This document shows, one piece after another, positions 32,865-43,776 of a stretch of DNA of 64,000 nucleotides; positions within the stretch are counted from its first letter, which is position 1; each line of letters begins with the position of its first letter. Source of the stretch: Spirochaetia bacterium. Its GTDB lineage: Bacteria; Spirochaetota; Spirochaetia; SZUA-6; Bin103. The stretch spans positions 3,456,001 to 3,520,000 of the forward strand of contig OZ241863.1 in assembly GCA_965203055.1 (NCBI GenBank), written 5' to 3'. Under the pieces are notes generated by a model. The model was given only the letters and a program-made list of their open reading frames with translations, searched no databases and was not told the origin of the DNA. The translations under genes and the position numbers were made by a program.

Positions 32865-34595
32865 CTAGGCGCGCTGCGCAACGCGCTCCCGGAACAGCTC
32901 GACGCAGGCCGCGAACTCCAATGCCGGGGTCTGCGCACCCGCGCGGTCACGCAACGAGACGGTGCCGGCAGCCTGCTCCTTGGCGCCCACGATTGCCATG
33001 TAGGGCACCTTCTGCCGCTGGGCGGTGCGGATCTTGGCCCCCATGCGGCTGGCGGACAAGTCAGCTTCCACCCGGAAGCCGTGCTGCCGCATCTGTTCGG
33101 CGACCGCCGCCGCGTAGTCGTTCACCGGTGGATTCACCGGGATGACCACCGCCTGCACCGGCGCCAGCCACAGCGGGAAGGCGCCGGCGTAGTGTTCGAT
33201 GAGCACGCCCAGGAAGCGCTCGAACGCGCCGTGCAGCGCGCGGTGCACCATGACCGGGCGGCGTTGGCTGCCATCACGATCGACGAACGACATGTCGAAC
33301 CGCTCCGGCAGGTTGAAGTCGAACTGAATCGTGGTCATTTGCCAGAGCCGGCCCAGCGGATCGCGCACGTGCAGGTCGATCTTCGGCCCATAGAACGCGC
33401 CGCCGCCGGCATCGATCTCGTACTCCAGCCGGTGCGCTTCGATGGCGCGGCGGAGCGAGGCGGTAGCCCGCTCCCAGCTTGCGTCGTCGCCTACCGCCTT
33501 GTCGGGGCGCGTGGCCAGGTGCGCGACCAGATCCTCGAAGCCGTAGGCCCGCCAGATGCGCAGCGAAAACCGCAGCACCTCGCCGATCTCCTCGTCGATC
33601 TGGTCGGGGGTGCAGAAGATGTGGGCATCGTCCTGGGTCAGGCCGCGCACCCGCAACGCGCCGTGCAGCGTACCGGAACGCTCGAAGCGGTACACCGTCC
33701 CCAGTTCCGCCCAACGCAGCGGGAGATCGCGATAGGAACGGAGGTCGCTCTTGTAGATCATGATGTGGAACGGACAGTTCATCGGCTTGAGGTAATAGTT
33801 GCCGTTGTCCAGCTCCATGGCGGGAAACATGTTGTCGGCGTAGAAGTCGAGGTGGCCGGAGGTTCGCCACAGCCACTCGCGGCCGACGTGGGGAGTGTTG
33901 ACCAGCTCGTAGCCGCCGGCGTAGTGCTCGCGCTTCCAGAAGTCCTCGATGATGGAGCGCAACCGCGCGCCCTTGGGATGCCAGAAGATCAACCCCGGCC
34001 CCACCTGCTCCTGAATCGAGAACAGATCCAATTCGCGGCCCAAGCGCCGGTGGTCGCGCTTCTCGATCTCGGCGAGACGCTCCAGGTAGGCGGCCAGCTC
34101 CTGCGGACTCTCCCATGCCGTGCCGTAGATGCGCTGCAGCATCGGGCGCCGCTCGTCGCCGCGCCAGTAGGCGCCGGCGCTGCCGGTCAGCTTGAACGCG
34201 GCGGAATCGAGCTCCCGGGTGCTGTCCACGTGGGGGCCGCGGCACAGGTCGGTGAAGGTGGCCTGGGTAAACAGCGAGATCTCTTCATCCGGCGGCAGCG
34301 CCTCGATCAACTCCAGCTTGTACGGCTGCTCGACGAACCGCTCCCGCGCCGCCGCGCGGCTGATCACGCTCCTGACGAAGGGATGATCGCCCTCCATGAT
34401 GCGGCGCATGCGCTCCTCGATCTGCCCCAGATCCTCCGGCGTGAGGGAGCGCGGCAGATCGAAGTCGTAATAGAATCCGTCGGCGATCGGCGGGCCGATG
34501 GCGAGCTTGGCGTCCGGGAACAGCTCCAGCACCGCCTCGGCCATCACGTGGGCGCAAGAGTGGCGCAGCCGGTACAGGCGGTCGGCGTCAGGCAC
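32865..34595 (-). CDS. thrS: threonine--tRNA ligase (short form lacking the N1/TGS domain)
   Basis: RHSCAHVMA, DLCRGPH, GAYWRGD, RDHRRLG, KPMNCP, FYGPKID, MVHRA. GTG at 34595, just after the secF stop. Confidence 0.96.
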   Translation of the reverse strand: MPDADRLYRLRHSCAHVMAEAVLELFPDAKLAIGPPIADGFYYDFDLPRSLTPEDLGQIEERMRRIMEGDHPFVRSVISRAAARERFVEQPYKLELIEALPPDEEISLFTQATFTDLCRGPHVDSTRELDSAAFKLTGSAGAYWRGDERRPMLQRIYGTAWESPQELAAYLERLAEIEKRDHRRLGRELDLFSIQEQVGPGLIFWHPKGARLRSIIEDFWKREHYAGGYELVNTPHVGREWLWRTSGHLDFYADNMFPAMELDNGNYYLKPMNCPFHIMIYKSDLRSYRDLPLRWAELGTVYRFERSGTLHGALRVRGLTQDDAHIFCTPDQIDEEIGEVLRFSLRIWRAYGFEDLVAHLATRPDKAVGDDASWERATASLRRAIEAHRLEYEIDAGGGAFYGPKIDLHVRDPLGRLWQMTTIQFDFNLPERFDMSFVDRDGSQRRPVMVHRALHGAFERFLGVLIEHYAGAFPLWLAPVQAVVIPVNPPVNDYAAAVAEQMRQHGFRVEADLSASRMGAKIRTAQRQKVPYMAIVGAKEQAAGTVSLRDRAGAQTPALEFAACVELFRERVAQRA

Positions 34596-34600
34596 CGAAT

Positions 34601-36019
34601 CTAACCGCGCCGCCGCCGCCGGGTCTGGCGCCGCGGCTGGTTGCGGGTCACTGCCACGGAACCGCCGCGCGCCGCTTCCGGCGCCGGTTCCGCGGGTGCC
34701 GCAACCGCCGGTGCCGGCGCCGGCGTGGGCAAGGCGGCGGCGGTACGGTTCACGGCGCTGCCTTCGGCGCGCGCGGCCGCGGCATCCGCCGGCGGGGCGC
34801 CGGACGCCGCCGCAACGACGCGGGCGCGGCGCCGCGTGCGCACCAGACGCCACATCAGCACCGTGGGCGAGGCGACGAACATCGACGAATAGGTACCCAC
34901 CACGACGCCGATCATCAGGCTCAGCGCAAAGGTCCTGATGGAGGAGGTGGCGAAGATGTAGATCGCCAACACCGCCAGCAGCGTGGTCAGCGAGGTAATC
35001 AGCGTGCGGGCCAGAGACTGAGTGATGCTGGTGTTGATCACCAACTCGAAGTTGGCATCGCGCATCAGGGTCTCGTTTTCCCGGATACGGTCGAAGATCA
35101 CGATGGTGTCGTTGAGCGAGTAGCCGACGATGGTCAGCACCGCGGCGATGGTAGCGGTGCTGATCTCCAACTGAAGCGTGCCCAGCACCCCCAGCATGAT
35201 GGCGATGTCGTGGACCAGCGCCAGCAACGCCCCAACCGCGAACGCGGCGCGAAACCGAAACAGGATGTAGACGAAGATCAGCGCGAACGCGACCACCACC
35301 AACCAGACCGCCTGCTCGCCCAGCAGCCGGGAAAGGCTGGGACCGACGAAGTCGGTCTGCAGTATGGTCACCTGCTCGGCGCCGAACGCGTCCGCCAACA
35401 GGGCCGCGATGCGCGCTTCGGTAGCCTCCTGGTCGCCGTCCAGCAGATCGGAACGGACGATGTAGCGCTGCTCGGCCGGCCCGCCGATCGCCTGCAGCGA
35501 GAAGCGCTCCAGCGAGTCCAGGGCGGTGCGCACCGCGGCGATCGACGCCGATGGCGGCGCCGCAGGGTCCAGGTAGCCGAGCACGAGGGCCTGGCCGGCG
35601 CCGCGGAAGCCGGGCGGCTGGAGTTGCTCCGCCGGCGTGTTCGCCGGCGCCGCCAGCTCCACCTCCACGCCGGGAACGGCGGCCAACTGCTCGGCGATCG
35701 CCCCGATCGTGGGATATGCCTCGAAGTCCAACACGCGGCGCTGCACGGTGTTGTCGCTCAGCCACTGGATGGTGAGAAAGCCGGGCCGGCCGAGCAGTGG
35801 ATCGGGCGGCGTGAGCTCCGGTTCGAGGGCAGCCCCGGCGTCACTGAGCTGCAGGGCGGCCGGCGCGATCTGGAATTGCTGGGAAACGCCGCCGCTCAGA
35901 TCCACGCTGAGGTTGACGCCGCCGCGCAGCATGGTCCCCACGGCGCCGGCGACGATCAGCAAGACCGACAGCACCGCCATCGGCCGGCGCAGAGCGGTGA
36001 ACCTGATGACACCGCTCAT
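34601..36019 (-). CDS. secF: protein translocase subunit SecF
   Basis: VDLSGG, VGPS, HDIAI, GYSLNDTIVIFDRIREN, RTLITSLTT, GTYSSMFVA. Confidence 0.95.
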   Translation of the reverse strand: MSGVIRFTALRRPMAVLSVLLIVAGAVGTMLRGGVNLSVDLSGGVSQQFQIAPAALQLSDAGAALEPELTPPDPLLGRPGFLTIQWLSDNTVQRRVLDFEAYPTIGAIAEQLAAVPGVEVELAAPANTPAEQLQPPGFRGAGQALVLGYLDPAAPPSASIAAVRTALDSLERFSLQAIGGPAEQRYIVRSDLLDGDQEATEARIAALLADAFGAEQVTILQTDFVGPSLSRLLGEQAVWLVVVAFALIFVYILFRFRAAFAVGALLALVHDIAIMLGVLGTLQLEISTATIAAVLTIVGYSLNDTIVIFDRIRENETLMRDANFELVINTSITQSLARTLITSLTTLLAVLAIYIFATSSIRTFALSLMIGVVVGTYSSMFVASPTVLMWRLVRTRRRARVVAAASGAPPADAAAARAEGSAVNRTAAALPTPAPAPAVAAPAEPAPEAARGGSVAVTRNQPRRQTRRRRRG

Positions 36020-37780
36020 CTACTTCGCCTCCATGCCGGCCGCGGCCAGGCGCGGGCGCCGCCGCCAGTCGATGCTGAGCCGCTGCACGTGCAGGGTGTC
36101 GGTGAAGAAGTCGAAGATCAGCCGCGATACCACCAGCGCGGTGAACATGGAGGACACCACTCCGACCGAAAGGGTCACGGCGAATCCCTGAATCGGCCCG
36201 CTGCCGAGCTGAGACAGAGCGATAGCGGCTATGAACGTCGTGATGTTGGCATCCATCACGGTCCAGAACGCCTTGCCGAAGCCGGACGTCACCGCCGCGG
36301 CGGCCGACTTTCCGAGCCGGTACTCCTCCTTGATGCGCTCGAAGATGATCACGTTGGCATCCACCGCCATGCCAACGGTCAGAATGACGCCGGCGATACT
36401 GGGCAGGGTAAGCGTAAAATTGAACACGCTCAGCACCGAGACCAGGAAGAACAGGTTGAGCAGCAGGGCCAGATCGGCAACCAGCCCGGCCAGCTTGTAG
36501 TACGCCAGCATGAATATCAGCACCGCGGCCATGCCGAGCGCGATGGCGTTCAGTCCGGTGCGGATGGCGTCCTCACCCAGCGAGGCGCCGACTGCCTGCT
36601 GACTGAGAATCTCCAGCGGTACCGGCAGCGCCCCCGTCTCCAGCACCAGCGCCAGGTCCTGCGCTTCGCTCTGGGTGAATCCGGTGACCCGTACCTGATT
36701 GCGAATCGGCTCGGAGATGGTCGCCGCGGCCTTTACCTTGTCGTCCAGCACCACCGCCAGGACGTTGCCGACGTTGTCGCTGGTCAGCTTGAAGAAGATG
36801 TCGCCGCCCTCGCCGGTGAGGCTGAAGATCACCGTCGGCTGCTGGGTGATCGGGTCGCGGCTTACCTGCGCCTGCTGAATGTAGGTGCCCTCTAGTCCCA
36901 CCTGCTCCCTGATCACCGTATAGCCAAGCAGTTGATCCACCCCGTAGGCGTCCTTCTCGTAGCGGCCGCGCAGCGCGGTACCGGCAGCGAGGATCGAATC
37001 GTCGCGTGGTTGGCCGTCCGCACCGAGGAAGCTCCCCGGGTTGGCCGCCTGGTAGGCGCGGAACCGGGCCAAGCCCTCGGTATCGACGATATGGAAGTTC
37101 AGCCGTCCCTTGCCGAGGATGAAGCTGCGCATCCGCTCCGGGTCCGGCGCGCCCGGCATCTCCACCACGATCTGACTCTCGCCCCGGCGCCGGATCTGCG
37201 GTTCGGTTACCCCGAACTGGTCGATGCGGTTGTTCAGGACCTCCAGGGCCCGCCGCAGGGCTCCCTCCTCCTCCTGGGCGTTGAGGGCAATGCCGCTCTG
37301 TTCGCTGAGGCTTTCGAGGTCCGGCTCGATCACCACGTACATGCCGCCGCTGAGATCGAGCCCGAGCTGGATGCTGCGCGAACGCAGATCCTTCACCGCC
37401 AGCAGCTCGTTGCGATGATGGTCCTCCATCGCCACGAAGGTTTCGCCCTCGCTGGGAAACGCCTTGACCACGGCGTCGACGTTCCAGTTGCGCGGCACCT
37501 CCCGGCGCTCCACCTGCAACCGTTCGCGCGCCGCGGGAATCAGATAGGCGAGCTCGGCGGGAAGCGCGGCGGAAGTGTCGCTGCGCGCCAGCGAGACGAG
37601 CCGCTGCAGGTCGGCGTCGGCGCGTTGCCGCGCCAACACCCGGATCTGATCGCGCGACGCGTTGGCCTCACGGCGCTGCTCGGCGGTCAGCAGCAGGTAC
37701 CAGCGCACGGTGGGATAGAGGAACCACACCGATACCCCGACGAAGGCGAGAATAAGGATCAATCGTAAGCGTTTGGTCAT
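36020..37780 (-). CDS. secD: protein translocase subunit SecD
   Basis: LGLDLSGG, NRIDQFGVTEP, GALPVPL, GMAVDANVIIFERIKEE, DANITT. Confidence 0.96.
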   Translation of the reverse strand: MTKRLRLILILAFVGVSVWFLYPTVRWYLLLTAEQRREANASRDQIRVLARQRADADLQRLVSLARSDTSAALPAELAYLIPAARERLQVERREVPRNWNVDAVVKAFPSEGETFVAMEDHHRNELLAVKDLRSRSIQLGLDLSGGMYVVIEPDLESLSEQSGIALNAQEEEGALRRALEVLNNRIDQFGVTEPQIRRRGESQIVVEMPGAPDPERMRSFILGKGRLNFHIVDTEGLARFRAYQAANPGSFLGADGQPRDDSILAAGTALRGRYEKDAYGVDQLLGYTVIREQVGLEGTYIQQAQVSRDPITQQPTVIFSLTGEGGDIFFKLTSDNVGNVLAVVLDDKVKAAATISEPIRNQVRVTGFTQSEAQDLALVLETGALPVPLEILSQQAVGASLGEDAIRTGLNAIALGMAAVLIFMLAYYKLAGLVADLALLLNLFFLVSVLSVFNFTLTLPSIAGVILTVGMAVDANVIIFERIKEEYRLGKSAAAAVTSGFGKAFWTVMDANITTFIAAIALSQLGSGPIQGFAVTLSVGVVSSMFTALVVSRLIFDFFTDTLHVQRLSIDWRRRPRLAAAGMEAK

Positions 37781-37810
37781 GAGAGGGTGCCCGGCCCACC
37801 GCGGGGCTCG

Positions 37811-38182
37811 TCAGGACTGCTCCTTGTCCTGCGCCGCGGGGCGCGATTCCCCTTGACGCTGCTCCAGGATGCTGGTGATGGAGGCCTTGGCGAATTCGAT
37901 CTTGGTGGCATCGTCCACCTTCACCGTTACCGCCTCCTCCTTTACCGCGGTCACCACGCCGCGAATGCCGCCGGAGGTCTGCACCTTGTCGCCCTTCTTG
38001 AGTTGCGACAGCATCTGGCGGGTCTCCTTCTGGCGCCGGTTCTGGGGGCGGATCACCAGAAAGTAGAAGATCATGATGATCAGACCAAAGGTGACCAGCA
38101 TGGTGGCGAGCTGGCCGCCTGCCGCGCCATCTCCGAAGGCGGCCTGCAAGAGCGAGAACGTGTCCGTTACCGTGTTGTTCAT
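37811..38182 (-). CDS. yajC: preprotein translocase subunit YajC
   Basis: FYFLVIRPQNRRQKE, LKKGDKVQTSGGIRG; upstream of secD. Confidence 0.95.
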   Translation of the reverse strand: MNNTVTDTFSLLQAAFGDGAAGGQLATMLVTFGLIIMIFYFLVIRPQNRRQKETRQMLSQLKKGDKVQTSGGIRGVVTAVKEEAVTVKVDDATKIEFAKASITSILEQRQGESRPAAQDKEQS

Positions 38183-38316
38183 GAGGTGTCCTTTTGCCGA
38201 TTCCCCTTGGCGGCCATGCGCCGGCTCACTGCCCGCGACGGAGCACCGAAGCTACCACGCACCGGGCTTGCGGTCAAACCGAGCGCGCCTCGGTCACGCC
38301 CCAAGCTCACCGGCGC

Positions 38317-38625
38317 TCAGGCAACGATGATGCGCTTGATACCGGCAGGCACACCGAACACCCCAAACAACTTGCGGAGATCGTCGACCGTGCAGGGGCG
38401 GCCAGTGACCTGCTCCATGGCGGCGCGCACCAACTCCAGTTCCTCGGCCGCGCCGGAAGCCTTGGTCTGCACCGCATAGTCGGCGGAGCAGAACGCCGCT
38501 TTGTAGAGGCCCTCGTCGAGTAGCTGGCGGGTCGTCAGCCTGCCGTAGCGGCGGCGCTGTTGACCATGCACCGCGGCCTTGTCGCCATCATACCCGATGA
38601 CGAACAGATAGTCAGCGCGCTTCAC
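38317..38625 (-). CDS. small conserved hypothetical protein
   Basis: 102-aa ORF (YLFVIGYDG, LLDEGLYKAAFC) between the groEL terminator and yajC. Confidence 0.7.
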   Translation of the reverse strand: MKRADYLFVIGYDGDKAAVHGQQRRRYGRLTTRQLLDEGLYKAAFCSADYAVQTKASGAAEELELVRAAMEQVTGRPCTVDDLRKLFGVFGVPAGIKRIIVA

Positions 38626-38631
38626 CGTTTC

Positions 38632-38678
38632 AGAAAAAAGGGCGCCACCCCTTCCGGCAGGACAGGGGCGCGCCCTCT
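38632..38678 (-). terminator. intrinsic terminator after groEL
   Basis: Minus strand AGGGCGCGCCCCT...AGGGGTGGCGCCCT followed by a T-run, about 30 nt after the groEL stop. Confidence 0.8.
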
Positions 38679-38705
38679 CGTAGACGAGATGCCTGGTCGA
38701 GCGCC

Positions 38706-40391
<1,686 letters not shown>

Positions 40392-40399
40392 TCACCGGT

Positions 40400-40428
40400 A
40401 ACATACTACCTCGCGGACGGCAAAGCAA
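40400..40428 (-). promoter_or_regulatory. groEL sigma70-type promoter (overlaps the birA 3' end)
   Basis: TTGCTT-17nt-TATGTT. Confidence 0.55.
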
Positions 40429-41278
40429 TACCTTCCGCGCCTTCCGCGCCTGGGGCGCCCGGCGGCGGTGGGCGGCCCAACAGGCGTGCGCTGCCGGCGA
40501 AGCAGGTGTGCTCGGCGCCCGCGGCGTCGCGCACCACCAGCCCTCCGCTGGCCGCCACCCGCGCCACCCGGGCGCAGCGCGGCAGGCCGCGCCCGGCGCC
40601 GTCCAACCGCACCCACCGGCCGCGCGCGAACAGCCGCCGGTCCACCAGCTCCGCCCAACCCGGCTCGTCCAGCAGGCGGTGCAACTCGCCGAGGATCAGC
40701 TCCAGCAACGGCCAGCGCCGCACCCGGCGGCCGCTGCGCAGCCGCACCGACGCCGCCGGCAGGTCGCGGGCGCTGCCCGGCGGCAGGCCGCGGCGCTGGT
40801 TGCAGGTCACCCCCACCCCGGCGCTGTACCAGTCACCCAGCCGCTCGCAGAGGCACCCGGCGACCTTGCCACCGCGCATCAGTACGTCGTTGGGCCACTT
40901 CACCTGGCACGCCACGCCGCTGCTCGCCTCCACGGCGCCGGCCACCGCCAGCCCGCACAGCAGCGGCAGCCGCTGCGGCACGGCGCCCACCGCGTCCGCA
41001 TGCAGCAGCAGATTGAACAACAGGTTGCGGCCGGGCGCACTCACCCAGCGCCGCCCGGCGCCGCGCCCGCGCCCGCGCGTCTGGTAGTCGGCCGTGATCA
41101 GGGCGCCGGAGACCGGCGCATGGCGCACCAGCCGGCGCGCGTCTTCCATCGTCGAGCCGGTGCGCGGCAGGTGGTATTGCGGCGCCGCCGGCCACGGCGA
41201 ACGCAGCGGCGGCCGGCGGCGCCGCCAGCGGCGCGGATCCGGCGCCGCCGGGCGCCGGGCGGCGTGATTCCCGTCCAT
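40406..41278 (-). CDS. birA: biotin--[acetyl-CoA carboxylase] ligase (group I, no HTH)
   Basis: TGSTM, ADYQTRGRGR, WVS, KWPNDV, KVAGCLCE, GVGVT. Confidence 0.88.
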   Translation of the reverse strand: MDGNHAARRPAAPDPRRWRRRRPPLRSPWPAAPQYHLPRTGSTMEDARRLVRHAPVSGALITADYQTRGRGRGAGRRWVSAPGRNLLFNLLLHADAVGAVPQRLPLLCGLAVAGAVEASSGVACQVKWPNDVLMRGGKVAGCLCERLGDWYSAGVGVTCNQRRGLPPGSARDLPAASVRLRSGRRVRRWPLLELILGELHRLLDEPGWAELVDRRLFARGRWVRLDGAGRGLPRCARVARVAASGGLVVRDAAGAEHTCFAGSARLLGRPPPPGAPGAEGAEGIALPSAR

Positions 41279-41283
41279 GGGGA

Positions 41284-42723
41284 CTACATGGAGACGAACA
41301 GTTCCTGCGGCGCGCGCAGCAGTTCCAGGAAGTAGGAGGAGAACTCCGCGGCCGGCACGCCGTCCACCACGCGGTGGTCGAAGGCCAGGGACACCGGCAG
41401 CACCCACGCCGGGCGCACCGCGCCGGCCACCACCATCGGCGCCTGATGGATCCGGCCCGCGCCGATGATCGCCACTTGCGGCGGATAGATCATGGGCGAT
41501 GCGTACAGGCCGCCGAAGGGACCGAAGTTGGTCAGGCTGAAGGTGCCGCCGCGCAAGTCCTCGATCCTGATCTGGCGTCCCTTGGCGCGTTCCACCACGT
41601 CCTTCATCTCGGCATCGATCTGCCGGATGGTCTTGTTCTCGACGTTATGGATCACCGGCATCATCAACCCGGCCTCGGTGTTCACGGCCACGCCGACGTG
41701 GATGTCCTTGAACACCGTGAGTTCCTCCGACACCGGATTGAAGTGGGCGTTGAGGACCGGATAGCGGCGCAGCGCCGTGGCCAGCGCCTTCATGAAGAAG
41801 GGCTGGAAGCTCACCCGTACCTCGGCCCCGGCGTTGACCTTGGCGCGCAGCTCCACCAGGTCCTCGACCACGCCCACGTCGAAGATGGTGGCGGTCGGAA
41901 TCTTGCGGCTGGTCTCCATGGTGTGGGCGATGGTCTTGCGCAGGATCGTGAGCTCGACCGTCTGGCCAAGCGGCAGATGCGCGGGCGTGACCAGCGGGTC
42001 GTCGATGAGCGGAAACGCAAAGTCGGAACCGGTCTGCGCGGCCGGTTGCCGGGCGTTGCCGGGGCGCGCCTGCGGCACTACCCGGCGTTCGCCGGCGGCG
42101 CGCTCCACGTCGCCGGGCAGGATGCGCCCGCCGGCGCGGCGCGGCTGCACCTGCTGCAGGTCGACGTTCAGGTCACGCGCGCGGCGGCGCGCGGCCGGTG
42201 TGCCCGGCGGCTCCGCGTCCGGCGGCTCTGCGGCCGGCGCGCGCTGCGCGCGGTCCGCCGCCTCGTCGGCCGGCGGCTCGGCGTCGTCCGGCGGCGCGCC
42301 GCCGGACGACTCGTCGCTCGGCGGCAGGACGCTCGGCGCCGCGTCGAGGGTGCCGACCAGCGCCTGATGGTGATGGCCGGCGCTCTTGCCGCTTCCGTCC
42401 GCGGTATCGGACCCGGGCAGCAAGCCGCCGGCCGCGCGCCCGGCGGCCGGGGAGAAGCCGTTGCCGTCGCTGGCGGCGGTGCCGCCGGCCACCTCGATGT
42501 AGGCCAGCGTCGCTCCGACGCTGATCCGTTCGCCCACCTCGGAGCCGAACCTTACCACCACCCCGCTCTTGGGGGAGGCGATCTCCGCCACCACCTTGTC
42601 GGTTTCGACTATGGCCAGGATGTCGCCGGCGTTCACCTCGGCTCCGGGACTCACCTTGAACTCCAGGATCTTCCCCTCGGTGAGACCCTCGCCGATATCC
42701 GGAAACTTGAATTCGTAACTCAT
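41284..42723 (-). CDS. 2-oxoacid dehydrogenase E2 (dihydrolipoamide acyltransferase)
   Basis: Lipoyl domain FPDIGEGLTEG...ETDKV; PSBD TPAARRRARDLNVDL; GGTFSLTNFG; DHRVVDG. Confidence 0.93.
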   Translation of the reverse strand: MSYEFKFPDIGEGLTEGKILEFKVSPGAEVNAGDILAIVETDKVVAEIASPKSGVVVRFGSEVGERISVGATLAYIEVAGGTAASDGNGFSPAAGRAAGGLLPGSDTADGSGKSAGHHHQALVGTLDAAPSVLPPSDESSGGAPPDDAEPPADEAADRAQRAPAAEPPDAEPPGTPAARRRARDLNVDLQQVQPRRAGGRILPGDVERAAGERRVVPQARPGNARQPAAQTGSDFAFPLIDDPLVTPAHLPLGQTVELTILRKTIAHTMETSRKIPTATIFDVGVVEDLVELRAKVNAGAEVRVSFQPFFMKALATALRRYPVLNAHFNPVSEELTVFKDIHVGVAVNTEAGLMMPVIHNVENKTIRQIDAEMKDVVERAKGRQIRIEDLRGGTFSLTNFGPFGGLYASPMIYPPQVAIIGAGRIHQAPMVVAGAVRPAWVLPVSLAFDHRVVDGVPAAEFSSYFLELLRAPQELFVSM

Positions 42724-42798
42724 AAATCCCTACCTCGCTGCCGCGCTTCCTGCGGCCCGGACCAAGGTCGGTCGACGGACCGCCGGTCACGACCGGCG

Positions 42799-43776
42799 CT
42801 AGAACTCCACCGTCTCCCGCACCGCGTCCACGACGTGCTCCGCGGTCACGAAGTAGTAGTGCTCGGCCGCCGGAAGGGGAATCACGGCATCGCTGCCGGT
42901 TACCCGCCGGGGAGGCGCGTCCAGATACATGAACAGCTCTTCGGTGACCAGCGCGATCAACTCCGCGGCCACGCCGAACGAGCGGGGGCCTTCGTGCACC
43001 ACCACCACGCGCCGCGTCTTGCGCACCGAACTCAGTACCGTCTCGCAATCGTACGGATAGATGGTGCGCAGGTCGATCAACTCCACGGCAACGCCTTGCC
43101 CGGTCAGGTACGCGCAGGCGCTGCGCGCCTCGCGCATCATTGCCCCGTAGGCGATCAGCGTCACCGCGTCGCCGCGCCGCTCCACCCGCGCGCGGCCCAG
43201 CGGAAGGGCATACGGCTCCGCCGGGATCTCCTGCTGCGGTGAGTGGTAGGAGCGCTTCGGCTCCATGTAGATCACCGGATCGGGATCCCGAATCGCCCCC
43301 AGGAGCAGTCCCTTCGCGTCGTGGGGAGTGGAGGGAATGACCACCTTGAGACCCGGCACGTGGGCGAACGTGGCTTCCATGCTCTCGACGTGATGCTCCA
43401 GCGCCTTGAGATTGCCGCCGTAGGGCATACGCACCACCAGCGGCAGGGTAAGGGTGCCGCGGCTGCGGTTGCGGGTGCGCGCGGCGTGGCACACGATCTG
43501 GTTGAACGCCGGCCACGCGAACCCGCTGAACTGGATCTCCACCACCGGCCTGAGCCCGGCCATCGCCATTCCCACCGCGGTCCCGACCAGCGCGCTCTCC
43601 GCCAGCGGCGAATCGAAGCAGCGGCGCGGTCCAAACCGCTCCTGCAACCCCGCGGTGGCTTGGAATACCCCGCCGTTGACCCCTACGTCCTCGCCGTAGA
43701 CGACTACCGCGTCATCCTCCGCCAGGGCCTCCGCCAGGGCGCTGTTGATCGCTGCGAGGAGACTGGCCTCCGTCAT
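42799..43776 (-). CDS. 2-oxoacid dehydrogenase E1 beta subunit
   Basis: GEDVGVNGGVF, DSPLAES, VEIQFSGF, EHHVES, DPVIYMEPK, IDLRTIYP. Confidence 0.94.
   Translation of the reverse strand: MTEASLLAAINSALAEALAEDDAVVVYGEDVGVNGGVFQATAGLQERFGPRRCFDSPLAESALVGTAVGMAMAGLRPVVEIQFSGFAWPAFNQIVCHAARTRNRSRGTLTLPLVVRMPYGGNLKALEHHVESMEATFAHVPGLKVVIPSTPHDAKGLLLGAIRDPDPVIYMEPKRSYHSPQQEIPAEPYALPLGRARVERRGDAVTLIAYGAMMREARSACAYLTGQGVAVELIDLRTIYPYDCETVLSSVRKTRRVVVVHEGPRSFGVAAELIALVTEELFMYLDAPPRRVTGSDAVIPLPAAEHYYFVTAEHVVDAVRETVEF

Noticed and set aside
31410..34604. Very long opposite-strand or alternate-frame ORFs (e.g. 1064 aa at 31410-34604, 633 aa at 1539-3440, 928 aa at 60395-63181, the upstream part of 13372-16224)
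   Set aside because: Shadow ORFs caused by high GC and codon bias. They overlap well-supported genes and have Arg/Ala/Gly-rich, motif-free translations.
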